Position numbers and translations under genes: made by a program | Virus record (IMG/VR): IMGVR_UViG_3300011434_000014 | Span: 1 to 39,142 of that record | DNA: 39,142 nucleotides | Strand: one strand, 5' to 3' | Source: a virus | Taxonomy: Duplodnaviria > Caudoviricetes | Notes under the pieces: model-generated | Seen by the model: only the letters and a program-made list of their open reading frames with translations | Database searches by the model: none | What the model was told of the DNA's origin: nothing | Part shown: piece after piece, positions 1 through 7,226 of the stretch | How the letters are laid out: each line of letters starts with the position of its first letter | Numbering within the stretch: the stretch's first letter is position 1

Positions 1-260
1 ACGGCTGGATTAACGGGACCGGGAGGGTGAAATATGGTGTCAGGCGCACTAGCCACATCGCCTGGGGCGACAATGATCAAGATATTCTGTATTCTGATGT
101 TTGTTGGTGGATAGACCGCCTTAAGAGGACCGCCATTGTGTCTGTTTATATCGCCCTCGACTGCCCACAGCTTGTTATTGACAAAGACAGTCGACTGCCC
201 GGTCACGACGGTACCTGCCCCACAATATCTAGCGTCATCGTGTCTATGTGCGCCTGGAAT
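1..260 (-). CDS. PAAR-repeat spike-tip protein (T4 gp5.4-like), 3' end runs off the window
   Basis: Not in the ORF track. Manual translation gives (M)PGAHRHDDARYCGAGTVVTGQSTVFVNNKLWAVEGDINRHNGGPLKAVYPPTNIRIQNILIIVAPGDVASAPDTIFHPPGPVNPA, with PAAR-like segments (HRxDD, C, STVFVN, AVEGD, H, GD). AGGAG lies 8 nt upstream of an ATT at 260; an alternative in-frame ATG is at 296. Confidence 0.8.
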   Translation of the reverse strand, partial: MPGAHRHDDARYCGAGTVVTGQSTVFVNNKLWAVEGDINRHNGGPLKAVYPPTNIRIQNILIIVAPGDVASAPDTIFHPPGPVNPA

Positions 261-555
261 GTCGTTTTCTCCTGCTCTTTTTGTAACCGCCAGCATCACC
301 TTCAGGACAGAAATCAATTCGATTAGTCTGCACCTCAAAATGGTTATCAGAACCTATGTAAATGTTCTCCTTGGCCCTGATGTTGACGTTCTCAGCATCG
401 AAATCAAGGTTACCGGAAGTCTTGAATCGCAACGATTCAAAACCATCGATGAAAACATTTCGCTTGGCATCGATGTGCACAAATGTCCCACCTTTCACTT
501 CGATAATGGCGGGACCATCAACAACGACATGCTTAACCGGTGGACCCAATGCCAC
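244..555 (-). CDS. small protein resembling the C-terminal beta-helix/apex of a gp5/VgrG-type spike
   Basis: Alternating beta-strand pattern GNLDFDAENVNIRAKENIYIGSDNHFEVQTNRIDF, similar to gp5 C-termini ending in ...RIDL/IG; lies directly upstream of the PAAR gene. Start placed at GTG 555, 8 nt after AGGTGA; the track start at 657 lies inside dUTPase. Confidence 0.5.
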   Translation of the reverse strand: MALGPPVKHVVVDGPAIIEVKGGTFVHIDAKRNVFIDGFESLRFKTSGNLDFDAENVNIRAKENIYIGSDNHFEVQTNRIDFCPEGDAGGYKKSRRKRHSRRT

Positions 556-1033
556 CGTTTCTATCACCTTTGATATACGGCTTGACCTTGGTTTCGTTGA
601 TGGCGTATTTTTCAATTTTGACCAATTCTCCTTGAGCAATTCGTTCTCCATTCTCAATGGTGTAATTATTATTCGAAATGTTCATCAAAAGAATGAGCAA
701 TTCTTCAACATAATCTGAGTCGATGATAGCTTCGGCATTCGCTAGGACCAGCCCTTTTTTCAATGACAATCCAGACCGTGGATGCAGCCGTACCGAATAG
801 CCTTCTGGAATGATGAGAATGAGGCCAGTCGGGACCATCATGCGTTCCTGTGGGCAAATGGTGAATTTGCCAGTAGAACAGGGTCGCGCAAAACTGCCAT
901 TGTACGAATTAAAACCCGTGACAATCGACTTGCCTTCAGCTTGAAATGCCAAGTCGAAACAGGCAGATTCCTTGGTAGCAAATTCTGGTAGTACGATATT
1001 TGGATGTGTTTTGTATATCTTCAATTCAGTCAT
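533..1033 (-). CDS. dut: trimeric dUTPase
   Basis: dUTPase motifs SACFDL, PRSGLS, IIDSDY, GERIAQ and RNGGIGSTG. Confidence 0.95.
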   Translation of the reverse strand: MTELKIYKTHPNIVLPEFATKESACFDLAFQAEGKSIVTGFNSYNGSFARPCSTGKFTICPQERMMVPTGLILIIPEGYSVRLHPRSGLSLKKGLVLANAEAIIDSDYVEELLILLMNISNNNYTIENGERIAQGELVKIEKYAINETKVKPYIKGDRNGGIGSTG

Positions 1034-1035
1034 TA

Positions 1036-1455
1036 TTAGTCTCCATTATGACTTCGCTTTGCCTTACCTATTGTATATTTTGTAACTAATACCCATTCAG
1101 ACTTCTCTTTGTGCGAAATAATCTTTATTTGACTGGGTGGCGCGGTCGGTTCCTTGGATTTGTCTGGATCGACCAATTCAACCAGCCCCCATTCGTGCAA
1201 CAAATTGGCGATAGTATTTAGTCGTGCTTGGTCATCCAGCGAAAAATCTGACTTCTTGCCGTCCAATAGGAACAACTGCTTGAAATGAACTAGGGCGTAT
1301 CTACCCTGCTTGTGCAGAATATGCGCTGATTGGTAGAGAGTTTTCTCTTTTCGTGAAGCTACGCCGATGCGCGAAAGTGTTTCACGTACCTTTAAAAAAT
1401 CATCTGGTTCTTTCAATGTAACCCATATGAAACTATTCAATAAATCTTCATTCAT
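1036..1455 (-). CDS. regA: translational repressor RegA
   Basis: PDDFLKVRETLSRIGVASRKEKTLYQSAHILHKQGRYALVHFKQLFLLDG is the RegA signature; follows gp62 as in T4. Confidence 0.95.
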   Translation of the reverse strand: MNEDLLNSFIWVTLKEPDDFLKVRETLSRIGVASRKEKTLYQSAHILHKQGRYALVHFKQLFLLDGKKSDFSLDDQARLNTIANLLHEWGLVELVDPDKSKEPTAPPSQIKIISHKEKSEWVLVTKYTIGKAKRSHNGD

Positions 1456-1502
1456 GGCGCACTCTCATTTTCTTTGGCCATTTGAAAATGGCTCTAATTT
1501 TG

Positions 1503-1510
1503 TATTTAGC
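1503..1510 (-). promoter_or_regulatory. putative late promoter variant GCTAAATA upstream of regA
   Basis: 6/8 match to T4 late consensus TATAAATA, overlapping the gp62 stop codon. Confidence 0.4.
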
Positions 1511-1889
1511 CTTTCTCAATTCCGCCCTTATATAGACGATGCTTGATTTCTGTGATTTGAGTTTCAGTCAGTATATTTAGTACTTCCTTAGCCTTTTCAT
1601 TCGAATAATGAAAAAATTCTTTCACTGCTTCTAGGTCTTCGTTGGTTTCCTTTTTATGCCACTTCTGGAATGGCCGTTTGTAGGCACGCACGGTACCCAT
1701 GAGATAATCATATTGCATGTGTTTATCGAGATGTGGGTGTTGGTTCATTTCATTGGAGTAAAGTATGCAGTCAAAATGATAAGAAAGTGCCCGATTGACG
1801 AGAAACGATGTGTAGTCATTCTCATTATCGAGCACTTGCTTTTTGGTCTGCAAAATGGATTGGATTATGTCCTTGAATAAATCTGCCAT
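1506..1889 (-). CDS. gp62: clamp loader small subunit gp62
   Basis: FLVNRALSYHFDCILYSNEMN...MQYDYL...KRPFQKWHK...VKEFFHYSNEKAKEVLNILT; synteny 45-44-62-regA. Confidence 0.92.
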   Translation of the reverse strand: MADLFKDIIQSILQTKKQVLDNENDYTSFLVNRALSYHFDCILYSNEMNQHPHLDKHMQYDYLMGTVRAYKRPFQKWHKKETNEDLEAVKEFFHYSNEKAKEVLNILTETQITEIKHRLYKGGIEKG

Positions 1890-2075
1890 TTACTCGATTA
1901 CTCTAATTCTTGGTCTACTAGGAATTCCGTACCACGGGTCTTGAGTTACTGACGGTGTTTGCTGGTCAGGCAGCGGTTGCGGCCGATACTTATAGGTCAA
2001 AAAGAGTGCAGCCAACGTGTAATAGGAACAGCTATACATCAATATGTCTTGATGCTTTTCAATGTAGGTTTTCAT
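1890..2075 (-). CDS. hypothetical protein (61 aa)
   Basis: Exactly fills the gap between gp44 and gp62; AGGAG upstream of the ATG. Confidence 0.6.
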   Translation of the reverse strand: MKTYIEKHQDILMYSCSYYTLAALFLTYKYRPQPLPDQQTPSVTQDPWYGIPSRPRIRVIE

Positions 2076-2084
2076 GTTATTCTC

Positions 2085-3029
2085 CTAATTGAACTCACAA
2101 TCTACCATGATTTCTGTTAAACAGGCAACTAGATTGACTTCCTGATCATTCACAAATGCTGCCTGATACATGTATCGCGCCAGAATAACAACTGCAGCAG
2201 GTATACTGTTCGGTTTCATGACTTGATATAGACTGTCATAAATTCTGCGATAAATTTTAGATGGATCAACATCTGAATTGACACTGACCCATTTACGCAT
2301 TGCCGTAAAATTTTTTGCTTTCAAACATTTGATCAACTCTTCCATATTACGAATATCAGCAATTTGAGCTAAAACGCTTTCATCGATAACACCTTTAGCC
2401 GTTGAATATCGTTGTAGCTCATTGATGGTTCGTCTGTAGTCTGGAAAAAATTTGTTGATGATCGCGACCACCGCTGGGGCTTCATATCTTACCCCTTCGT
2501 CGGCCAGCATTTGTACAATTCGCTTGAAAAAAAGTGAAGCTATTTTGGGTCTTTCATCAACCTTTAAAGTAAAATCGATAACCGAGCAACGTGAATGAAT
2601 AGCATCGATTAGCTTGGCCTTGTAATTACAGGTAAAGACGAAACTACAATTGTTGGCAAATTTCTCCATGGCACCGCGCAATGCCAATTGGGCATCAGGG
2701 GTAATGTTATCGGCTTCATCTAGAATGATGACTTTCCTGTTACCACTGAATGCCATGGTTGACGCATATCTAACGATTTTGTTACGTAGTGTATCCATAC
2801 CGCGCTCTTCCGACGAATTTAGAAATAGATGGTTTAAGTCCATCTCTTCACACATCGCAAGGGCTATCGTCGTCTTGCCGACGCCAGAGGTTCCCGTTAA
2901 CATCAAATTAGGTATGTTACCACTGTTCACATATTGCTGAAAAGTCTCCTTCAGTTGTTCTGGTAAAATACAATCGTTTACTTTTCGTGGTCTGTATTTT
3001 TCAGTCCACAAATACTCGATGTCATTCAT
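2085..3029 (-). CDS. gp44: clamp loader large subunit gp44 (RFC-like AAA+)
   Basis: LWTEKYRP, Walker A GTSGVGKT, Walker B IILDEAD, SRC motif. Confidence 0.97.
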   Translation of the reverse strand: MNDIEYLWTEKYRPRKVNDCILPEQLKETFQQYVNSGNIPNLMLTGTSGVGKTTIALAMCEEMDLNHLFLNSSEERGMDTLRNKIVRYASTMAFSGNRKVIILDEADNITPDAQLALRGAMEKFANNCSFVFTCNYKAKLIDAIHSRCSVIDFTLKVDERPKIASLFFKRIVQMLADEGVRYEAPAVVAIINKFFPDYRRTINELQRYSTAKGVIDESVLAQIADIRNMEELIKCLKAKNFTAMRKWVSVNSDVDPSKIYRRIYDSLYQVMKPNSIPAAVVILARYMYQAAFVNDQEVNLVACLTEIMVDCEFN

Positions 3030-3042
3030 CTATTCAATGCCT

Positions 3043-3345
3043 CTAGACAATCGTTGGGTCGGGGCTTGCAACAGTATTCAAGACGCCTGTATAAAATTCC
3101 TCGAATGCCCTGTTCTCCTCTACCTCAGTATTATAGTTGGCCTTGAAATATGTCCTAGCCATTCGTCGCACGATCTTCTTATCGATATTAAGAGCTTCGG
3201 CTACATTGTTGATTGCTTCCTTCTGATACTCATGTTCAGCTTCGCTTCTAGTCATGCTATCATTCAAGTCCACAATAACATGCCGCAGTTTTTCCTTATC
3301 ATTTGCAGACAAGGAATTTACGTTCACAAAAGTATTTACCGCCAT
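3043..3345 (-). CDS. DsbA-like dsDNA-binding protein (T4 DsbA/GapR-like)
   Basis: Helical 100-aa protein ...LNIDKKIVRRMARTYFKANYNTEVEENRAFEEFY resembling T4 DsbA; AAGGAG SD. Confidence 0.65.
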   Translation of the reverse strand: MAVNTFVNVNSLSANDKEKLRHVIVDLNDSMTRSEAEHEYQKEAINNVAEALNIDKKIVRRMARTYFKANYNTEVEENRAFEEFYTGVLNTVASPDPTIV

Positions 3346-3359
3346 TGCTAGTTCTCCTT

Positions 3360-4013
3360 TTAGCGTGTTTCGAGTGAGATATAGTATTTAAGCCCTTTTG
3401 TCTTATTTGTAAAGATGGCAAATTTTTCCAATTTAATTTCTACTAGATAGTCGCCTGGAATTAGTTTCAGGTTATCAATTTTGAAACGAGCAATAAAGGC
3501 TTTTCCACTATGCTCGCCAATTTTTGTTGTGGCATAATTTGACGTGTCATTCTTATACTCGTGTACTTTCAATGACAGTTCACCAGATTTGCCTATCACT
3601 GACATGTTCGGCAAATCATTCATCGAAGCAATCTTGCGCATTTTGGTATACGTCGCATTAATCAGTTCAAATTTCACGTCTGATTTTTCTAGCACCAGAG
3701 CCTTATTCGGTGGCGCGGTAATCAGTTGCGGTTCACATGACATATACGACAAGCTGAAAGTATCATCGCTCATTGTTACCTGCTTGTCGGTAAAAATCAA
3801 CTCAGGGTCTTTCAGTGTAGTAACGTTTCCGAGAAATTGGTTGAGATCATAGATACCAAATTTGGCCGGAAAGTCGTCTTCGAATTCGGCCTCGACCAAT
3901 ATACTAGCTTCTGGAGATATTGTCCTCTGCATTTTTCCAGGGACTAATACTATACCAGAATTGATAGTCGAGAAATTTTTCAGAACCGTAAGCGTCCATT
4001 CAGTCAATTGCAT
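3360..4013 (-). CDS. gp45: sliding clamp gp45
   Basis: TLTVLKNFSTINSGI, FGIYDLNQFL, NLKLIPGDY, LKYYISLE. Confidence 0.96.
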   Translation of the reverse strand: MQLTEWTLTVLKNFSTINSGIVLVPGKMQRTISPEASILVEAEFEDDFPAKFGIYDLNQFLGNVTTLKDPELIFTDKQVTMSDDTFSLSYMSCEPQLITAPPNKALVLEKSDVKFELINATYTKMRKIASMNDLPNMSVIGKSGELSLKVHEYKNDTSNYATTKIGEHSGKAFIARFKIDNLKLIPGDYLVEIKLEKFAIFTNKTKGLKYYISLETR

Positions 4014-4029
4014 AATATAAACTCCTATT

Positions 4030-4617
4030 TTATTGATCTGGTGAGTATAGCTCAGTGTGCAGTTTTTTCAACATGATTTTTACCTTATCGTTCAGTTCAG
4101 ATAGTTTTTCGTTTTCGATGGTATAATCGAATTCGATGTTCTTCCAAGCCGTTTCTGAAATGTGCAAAGCGTTTTCAACAGGGTAGGGATTAAGCGCACG
4201 CCGAACGCGTACAACATAGCCACCAGATTTTCTAATCACGTCGGCTTCATTCGGAAACCTGACATCTGGAATTGCAACATTGTCATGCCATTGCAATTTG
4301 TTTTCTAGGCAGTATACCCAGAAATTTTGATGGTAATATTCGCGCCCGATGCTGGTACCAAAGTCTTGCAGCACCCAGCGCGGTGTGATTTCCATGCCTA
4401 GTCGGTCACTCCAATACTGGTCGGGAGCTTCGCGAAATGCCCGACTAGCATCGGTATCGCCTTCCAACAAATAGCGCGGCCAGCCAAACATGGCAGCCAC
4501 AGTATCTTTCAGGGTATCGGCAAAGGCTAATTTCTTGTAGCCATGTTCAGCCACAAGAATATTGGCCACGGTGCTTTTACCCGAATTGATGAAGCCACAG
4601 AATCCGATGATAGCCAT
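4030..4617 (-). CDS. deoxynucleoside monophosphate kinase (T4 gp1-like)
   Basis: Start MAIIGFCGFINSGKST (P-loop) at ATG 4617, overlapping the upstream TAA; FADTLKD, TPRWVLQDFGT, DVRFPNE, HISE. Confidence 0.93.
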   Translation of the reverse strand: MAIIGFCGFINSGKSTVANILVAEHGYKKLAFADTLKDTVAAMFGWPRYLLEGDTDASRAFREAPDQYWSDRLGMEITPRWVLQDFGTSIGREYYHQNFWVYCLENKLQWHDNVAIPDVRFPNEADVIRKSGGYVVRVRRALNPYPVENALHISETAWKNIEFDYTIENEKLSELNDKVKIMLKKLHTELYSPDQ

Positions 4618-5435
4618 TAGAGATTCCCACTTAAACGTGCAATTTGGGCCATGTCGCCAGTAAATGCATACGTGCCAACGTGCTGGGCGCGCATCCACGG
4701 ACACAGCCAAACATGCCCACCGATAGCTCGCCAGTACTGGCAAAACATATAATCCTCGCTCAAATATCGATGAGTATCAGGATCGATTACCGTATCAAAG
4801 TAGGCGTGGATATATCGCGAGCCGTCGAAATTTGCCTGCCCTAAATGATCTGGCTTGTAATTCAAGTGTGGATATTCCTCCTTAAATTTATCGAATACGT
4901 GGCGTTTGATAAGCATATAACCAGTGCCTATTTCCAAAACTTCAAGTGGCTCATTTACCCTGAATTGTTTGGTCCCTGGCACTGGATTGAAAACGTAATC
5001 GCCGGTTACGCCCTCCAAATCGGCAGCATTGAATTTATCTGGATCGACTTTCTTTTCGATGATAACTTTCTTAGCAGCAGCATATACGTTATTCCAGTTG
5101 ATTGATTTCTTTGGATATGGCGCACCAATAACCTCTTTATCGAGTGCAATCAACGCAATGACATCTTCTGGATTGAAATGAATGTCACTGTCGAGGAATA
5201 ACAAATGGGTAAATCCAGACCGCAGAAATTCATCTACAATGTAATTTCTGGCTCGTGTGATCAAACTCTCATTGAACAGAAACGAAAACTTCACTTCCAT
5301 ACCATATCGCATAGCAACGGCCTGCAGATCGAGGCACGATTTCATATAGAGCCCGCACGCCATTCCACCATATTGAGGAGTGCCTACAAATAATTTAATT
5401 TTACGTAAATCTTCCGCACGAATTGATAGTTCCAT
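4617..5435 (-). CDS. GT-A fold (GT2-like) glycosyltransferase
   Basis: LFVGTPQYGG, ESLITRARN, THLLFLDSDI (DxD), GTGYMLIKR, YLSEDYMFC, HVG. Confidence 0.85.
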   Translation of the reverse strand: MELSIRAEDLRKIKLFVGTPQYGGMACGLYMKSCLDLQAVAMRYGMEVKFSFLFNESLITRARNYIVDEFLRSGFTHLLFLDSDIHFNPEDVIALIALDKEVIGAPYPKKSINWNNVYAAAKKVIIEKKVDPDKFNAADLEGVTGDYVFNPVPGTKQFRVNEPLEVLEIGTGYMLIKRHVFDKFKEEYPHLNYKPDHLGQANFDGSRYIHAYFDTVIDPDTHRYLSEDYMFCQYWRAIGGHVWLCPWMRAQHVGTYAFTGDMAQIARLSGNL

Positions 5436-5478
5436 AATAGTATCTCCATAATTACAATCCTAGTTATATATATGCAAT

Positions 5479-5513
5479 AAAAAAGGGGGGCTCTAGAATC
5501 ATTGCCCCCCTTT
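5479..5513 (-). terminator. intrinsic terminator after the HTH gene
   Basis: GGGGGGC...GCCCCCC stem followed by TTTTTT on the minus strand. Confidence 0.8.
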
Positions 5514-5525
5514 GGTCGATAAGTG

Positions 5526-5756
5526 TTAGGCCGCAAGAGCAAGTGTTTCTAGACGATAGAACACCTTGCGTTGCCCCTTTACCAGCCGCGTCTCGCTGAC
5601 GATTGGGGCGTGGTATTCCACGCGAAGCTCGTGGACGCGCTTGTAAATGCTGCTCAATGGAATTCCAGTCTTCTTTGCAAGAACCGCTGGGGTGACGCTT
5701 GCGACCTTGCGTAATACACGTAGGATACGTTCATTATGAGTAACAGGTGTTGCCAT
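5526..5756 (-). CDS. small winged-HTH DNA-binding protein (76 aa)
   Basis: Start MATPVTHNERIL at ATG 5756 behind GGAGA; HTH TPAVLAKKTGIPLSSIYKRVHELR and wing ...KGQRKVFYRL. Confidence 0.8.
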   Translation of the reverse strand: MATPVTHNERILRVLRKVASVTPAVLAKKTGIPLSSIYKRVHELRVEYHAPIVSETRLVKGQRKVFYRLETLALAA

Positions 5757-5805
5757 TTGAAATTTCTCCAGATGTTTATAATCAACGACGTTCGCTGACA
5801 GAAAT

Positions 5806-5834
5806 AGTATTGGAGGAAATAGTTCGTCCGTCAA
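5806..5834 (-). promoter_or_regulatory. sigma70-type (early) promoter for the HTH gene
   Basis: ggggTTGACG-17 nt-AATACT with an upstream A-tract. Confidence 0.55.
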
Positions 5835-5855
5835 CCCCGTAAATGATTTTTTTAC

Positions 5856-5888
5856 AAAAAAAATGGGCCAACTGGGTGGCCCATTTTT
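5856..5888 (-). terminator. intrinsic terminator after the AAA+ gene
   Basis: AAAAATGGGCCA-loop-TGGCCCATTTTTTTT inverted repeat, possibly bidirectional. Confidence 0.8.
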
Positions 5889-5906
5889 CAGTATATTACA
5901 TCATAC

Positions 5907-7157
5907 TCAAAAGGGGATTTCCTGTTTCGTATCCGCCTCCTCCTTCGAAACTTCCGGCGCAGCGGCCGGTGCCTTGGGTGCCAGTGTCTCGTCAAGCTTC
6001 TTGTACAGATCGAGGAAGCTTGCACGAGTGTCATGGTCGAACCGATTGAGGCACAAGCTGATGGCCTTTTCGCGGTCCCGACCAAAGATGGCGTATGCCT
6101 CACAAATGTGAACCAGCCGCCGGGTCGAGATCACGTCACTAACCGCGCCTTCCAAGAACGACTTGCGGATAACATCAGCCCACTGTGTAAGCTTGTCGGA
6201 AAAATCGGTATCCTCGACTTGACCGGCAGCGAGTACGTTATTCAGGATTTTCGCCTCGATCTTTGGGCTGGGGTATTCCTGCTCCAACGTGATGCTGAAC
6301 CGCTCAAGAAATGCTTCATTGAGCACGTTGGTGCCGATGAACCGGCCATCATCGCTGCCCTTGCCCTTGGTATTTGCGGTTGCGATGACATTGAACCCAT
6401 TGGCTGGATGCACGATGCGGCCGATCTTTTTCAGGAAAATTGGACGCCCTTCAAGGATCGGCTGCAGGCACATCATCGGCGTATCGCCAAGATCGACTTC
6501 ATCGAGGATCAACACAGAACCGCTGACCATGGCCTGAATCACCGGCCCATCTTGCCAAATGGTATTTCCATCCATCAGCCGAAAACCGCCGAGCAATTCA
6601 TCTTCGTCGGTTGACTTGGTAAAATTGACACGAATGCAACCGCGCTTTTCATTGGCACAAATCTGCTGCGGCATCAGCGTTTTGCCATTGCCGGTATTGC
6701 CCACGAGATAAACCGGGTAAAAACGACGCGAACGAATAATCGTGCGCAGATCGTTGTAATGCCCAAACGGGACATAACCGGACATTGGCGTAGGAATAAA
6801 TGCCGCTTCGTCGCGATGGTCGACGTTGTGAACGGCATGCAGTGCCGTCACCTTGGCAGGTATCATTTGCGCCCGGCTCGCAACATCGTCAACAATAACC
6901 CTTGCTGGGGGCGGGGCAGCCACATCGTCAGACTTGCCAACCACGCCCTCGACCAACTGCCGCGCCTTCTTGACGTTATAGCTGCCATATCCAGCCTTCA
7001 GGGTCGGGTCGGCAAACAGCCACTGCGGCGGCCTCAAACCAAACACTTCGCAAATTTCGAGCACTTCGACGCGCGAAATTATGTCAATGTCACCGTGCTC
7101 ACTTTTCACTGCGGTCAAAAACCGCGAACGAGCATCCCAGTCAATTGTCCGTGCCAT
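5907..7157 (-). CDS. MoxR/CbbQ/CobS-like AAA+ ATPase
   Basis: Walker A GNTGNGKT, DEDELLGGF, Walker B LILDEVD, ATANTKGKG, NEAFLERF, ISTRRL. Confidence 0.92.
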   Translation of the reverse strand: MARTIDWDARSRFLTAVKSEHGDIDIISRVEVLEICEVFGLRPPQWLFADPTLKAGYGSYNVKKARQLVEGVVGKSDDVAAPPPARVIVDDVASRAQMIPAKVTALHAVHNVDHRDEAAFIPTPMSGYVPFGHYNDLRTIIRSRRFYPVYLVGNTGNGKTLMPQQICANEKRGCIRVNFTKSTDEDELLGGFRLMDGNTIWQDGPVIQAMVSGSVLILDEVDLGDTPMMCLQPILEGRPIFLKKIGRIVHPANGFNVIATANTKGKGSDDGRFIGTNVLNEAFLERFSITLEQEYPSPKIEAKILNNVLAAGQVEDTDFSDKLTQWADVIRKSFLEGAVSDVISTRRLVHICEAYAIFGRDREKAISLCLNRFDHDTRASFLDLYKKLDETLAPKAPAAAPEVSKEEADTKQEIPF

Positions 7158-7226
7158 TTTGTGTTATCCTCACGATTTGTTAGTTAGCTTCTCACATTCA
7201 TATCTAAGCACAACTTCATATTAATT

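Noticed and set aside
556-657. ORF-track N-terminal extensions (e.g. starts at 657, 4743, 5834, 13670, 21737, 27154, 37152)
   Set aside because: They overlap upstream genes or promoters; downstream starts with an SD or stop/start overlap fit better
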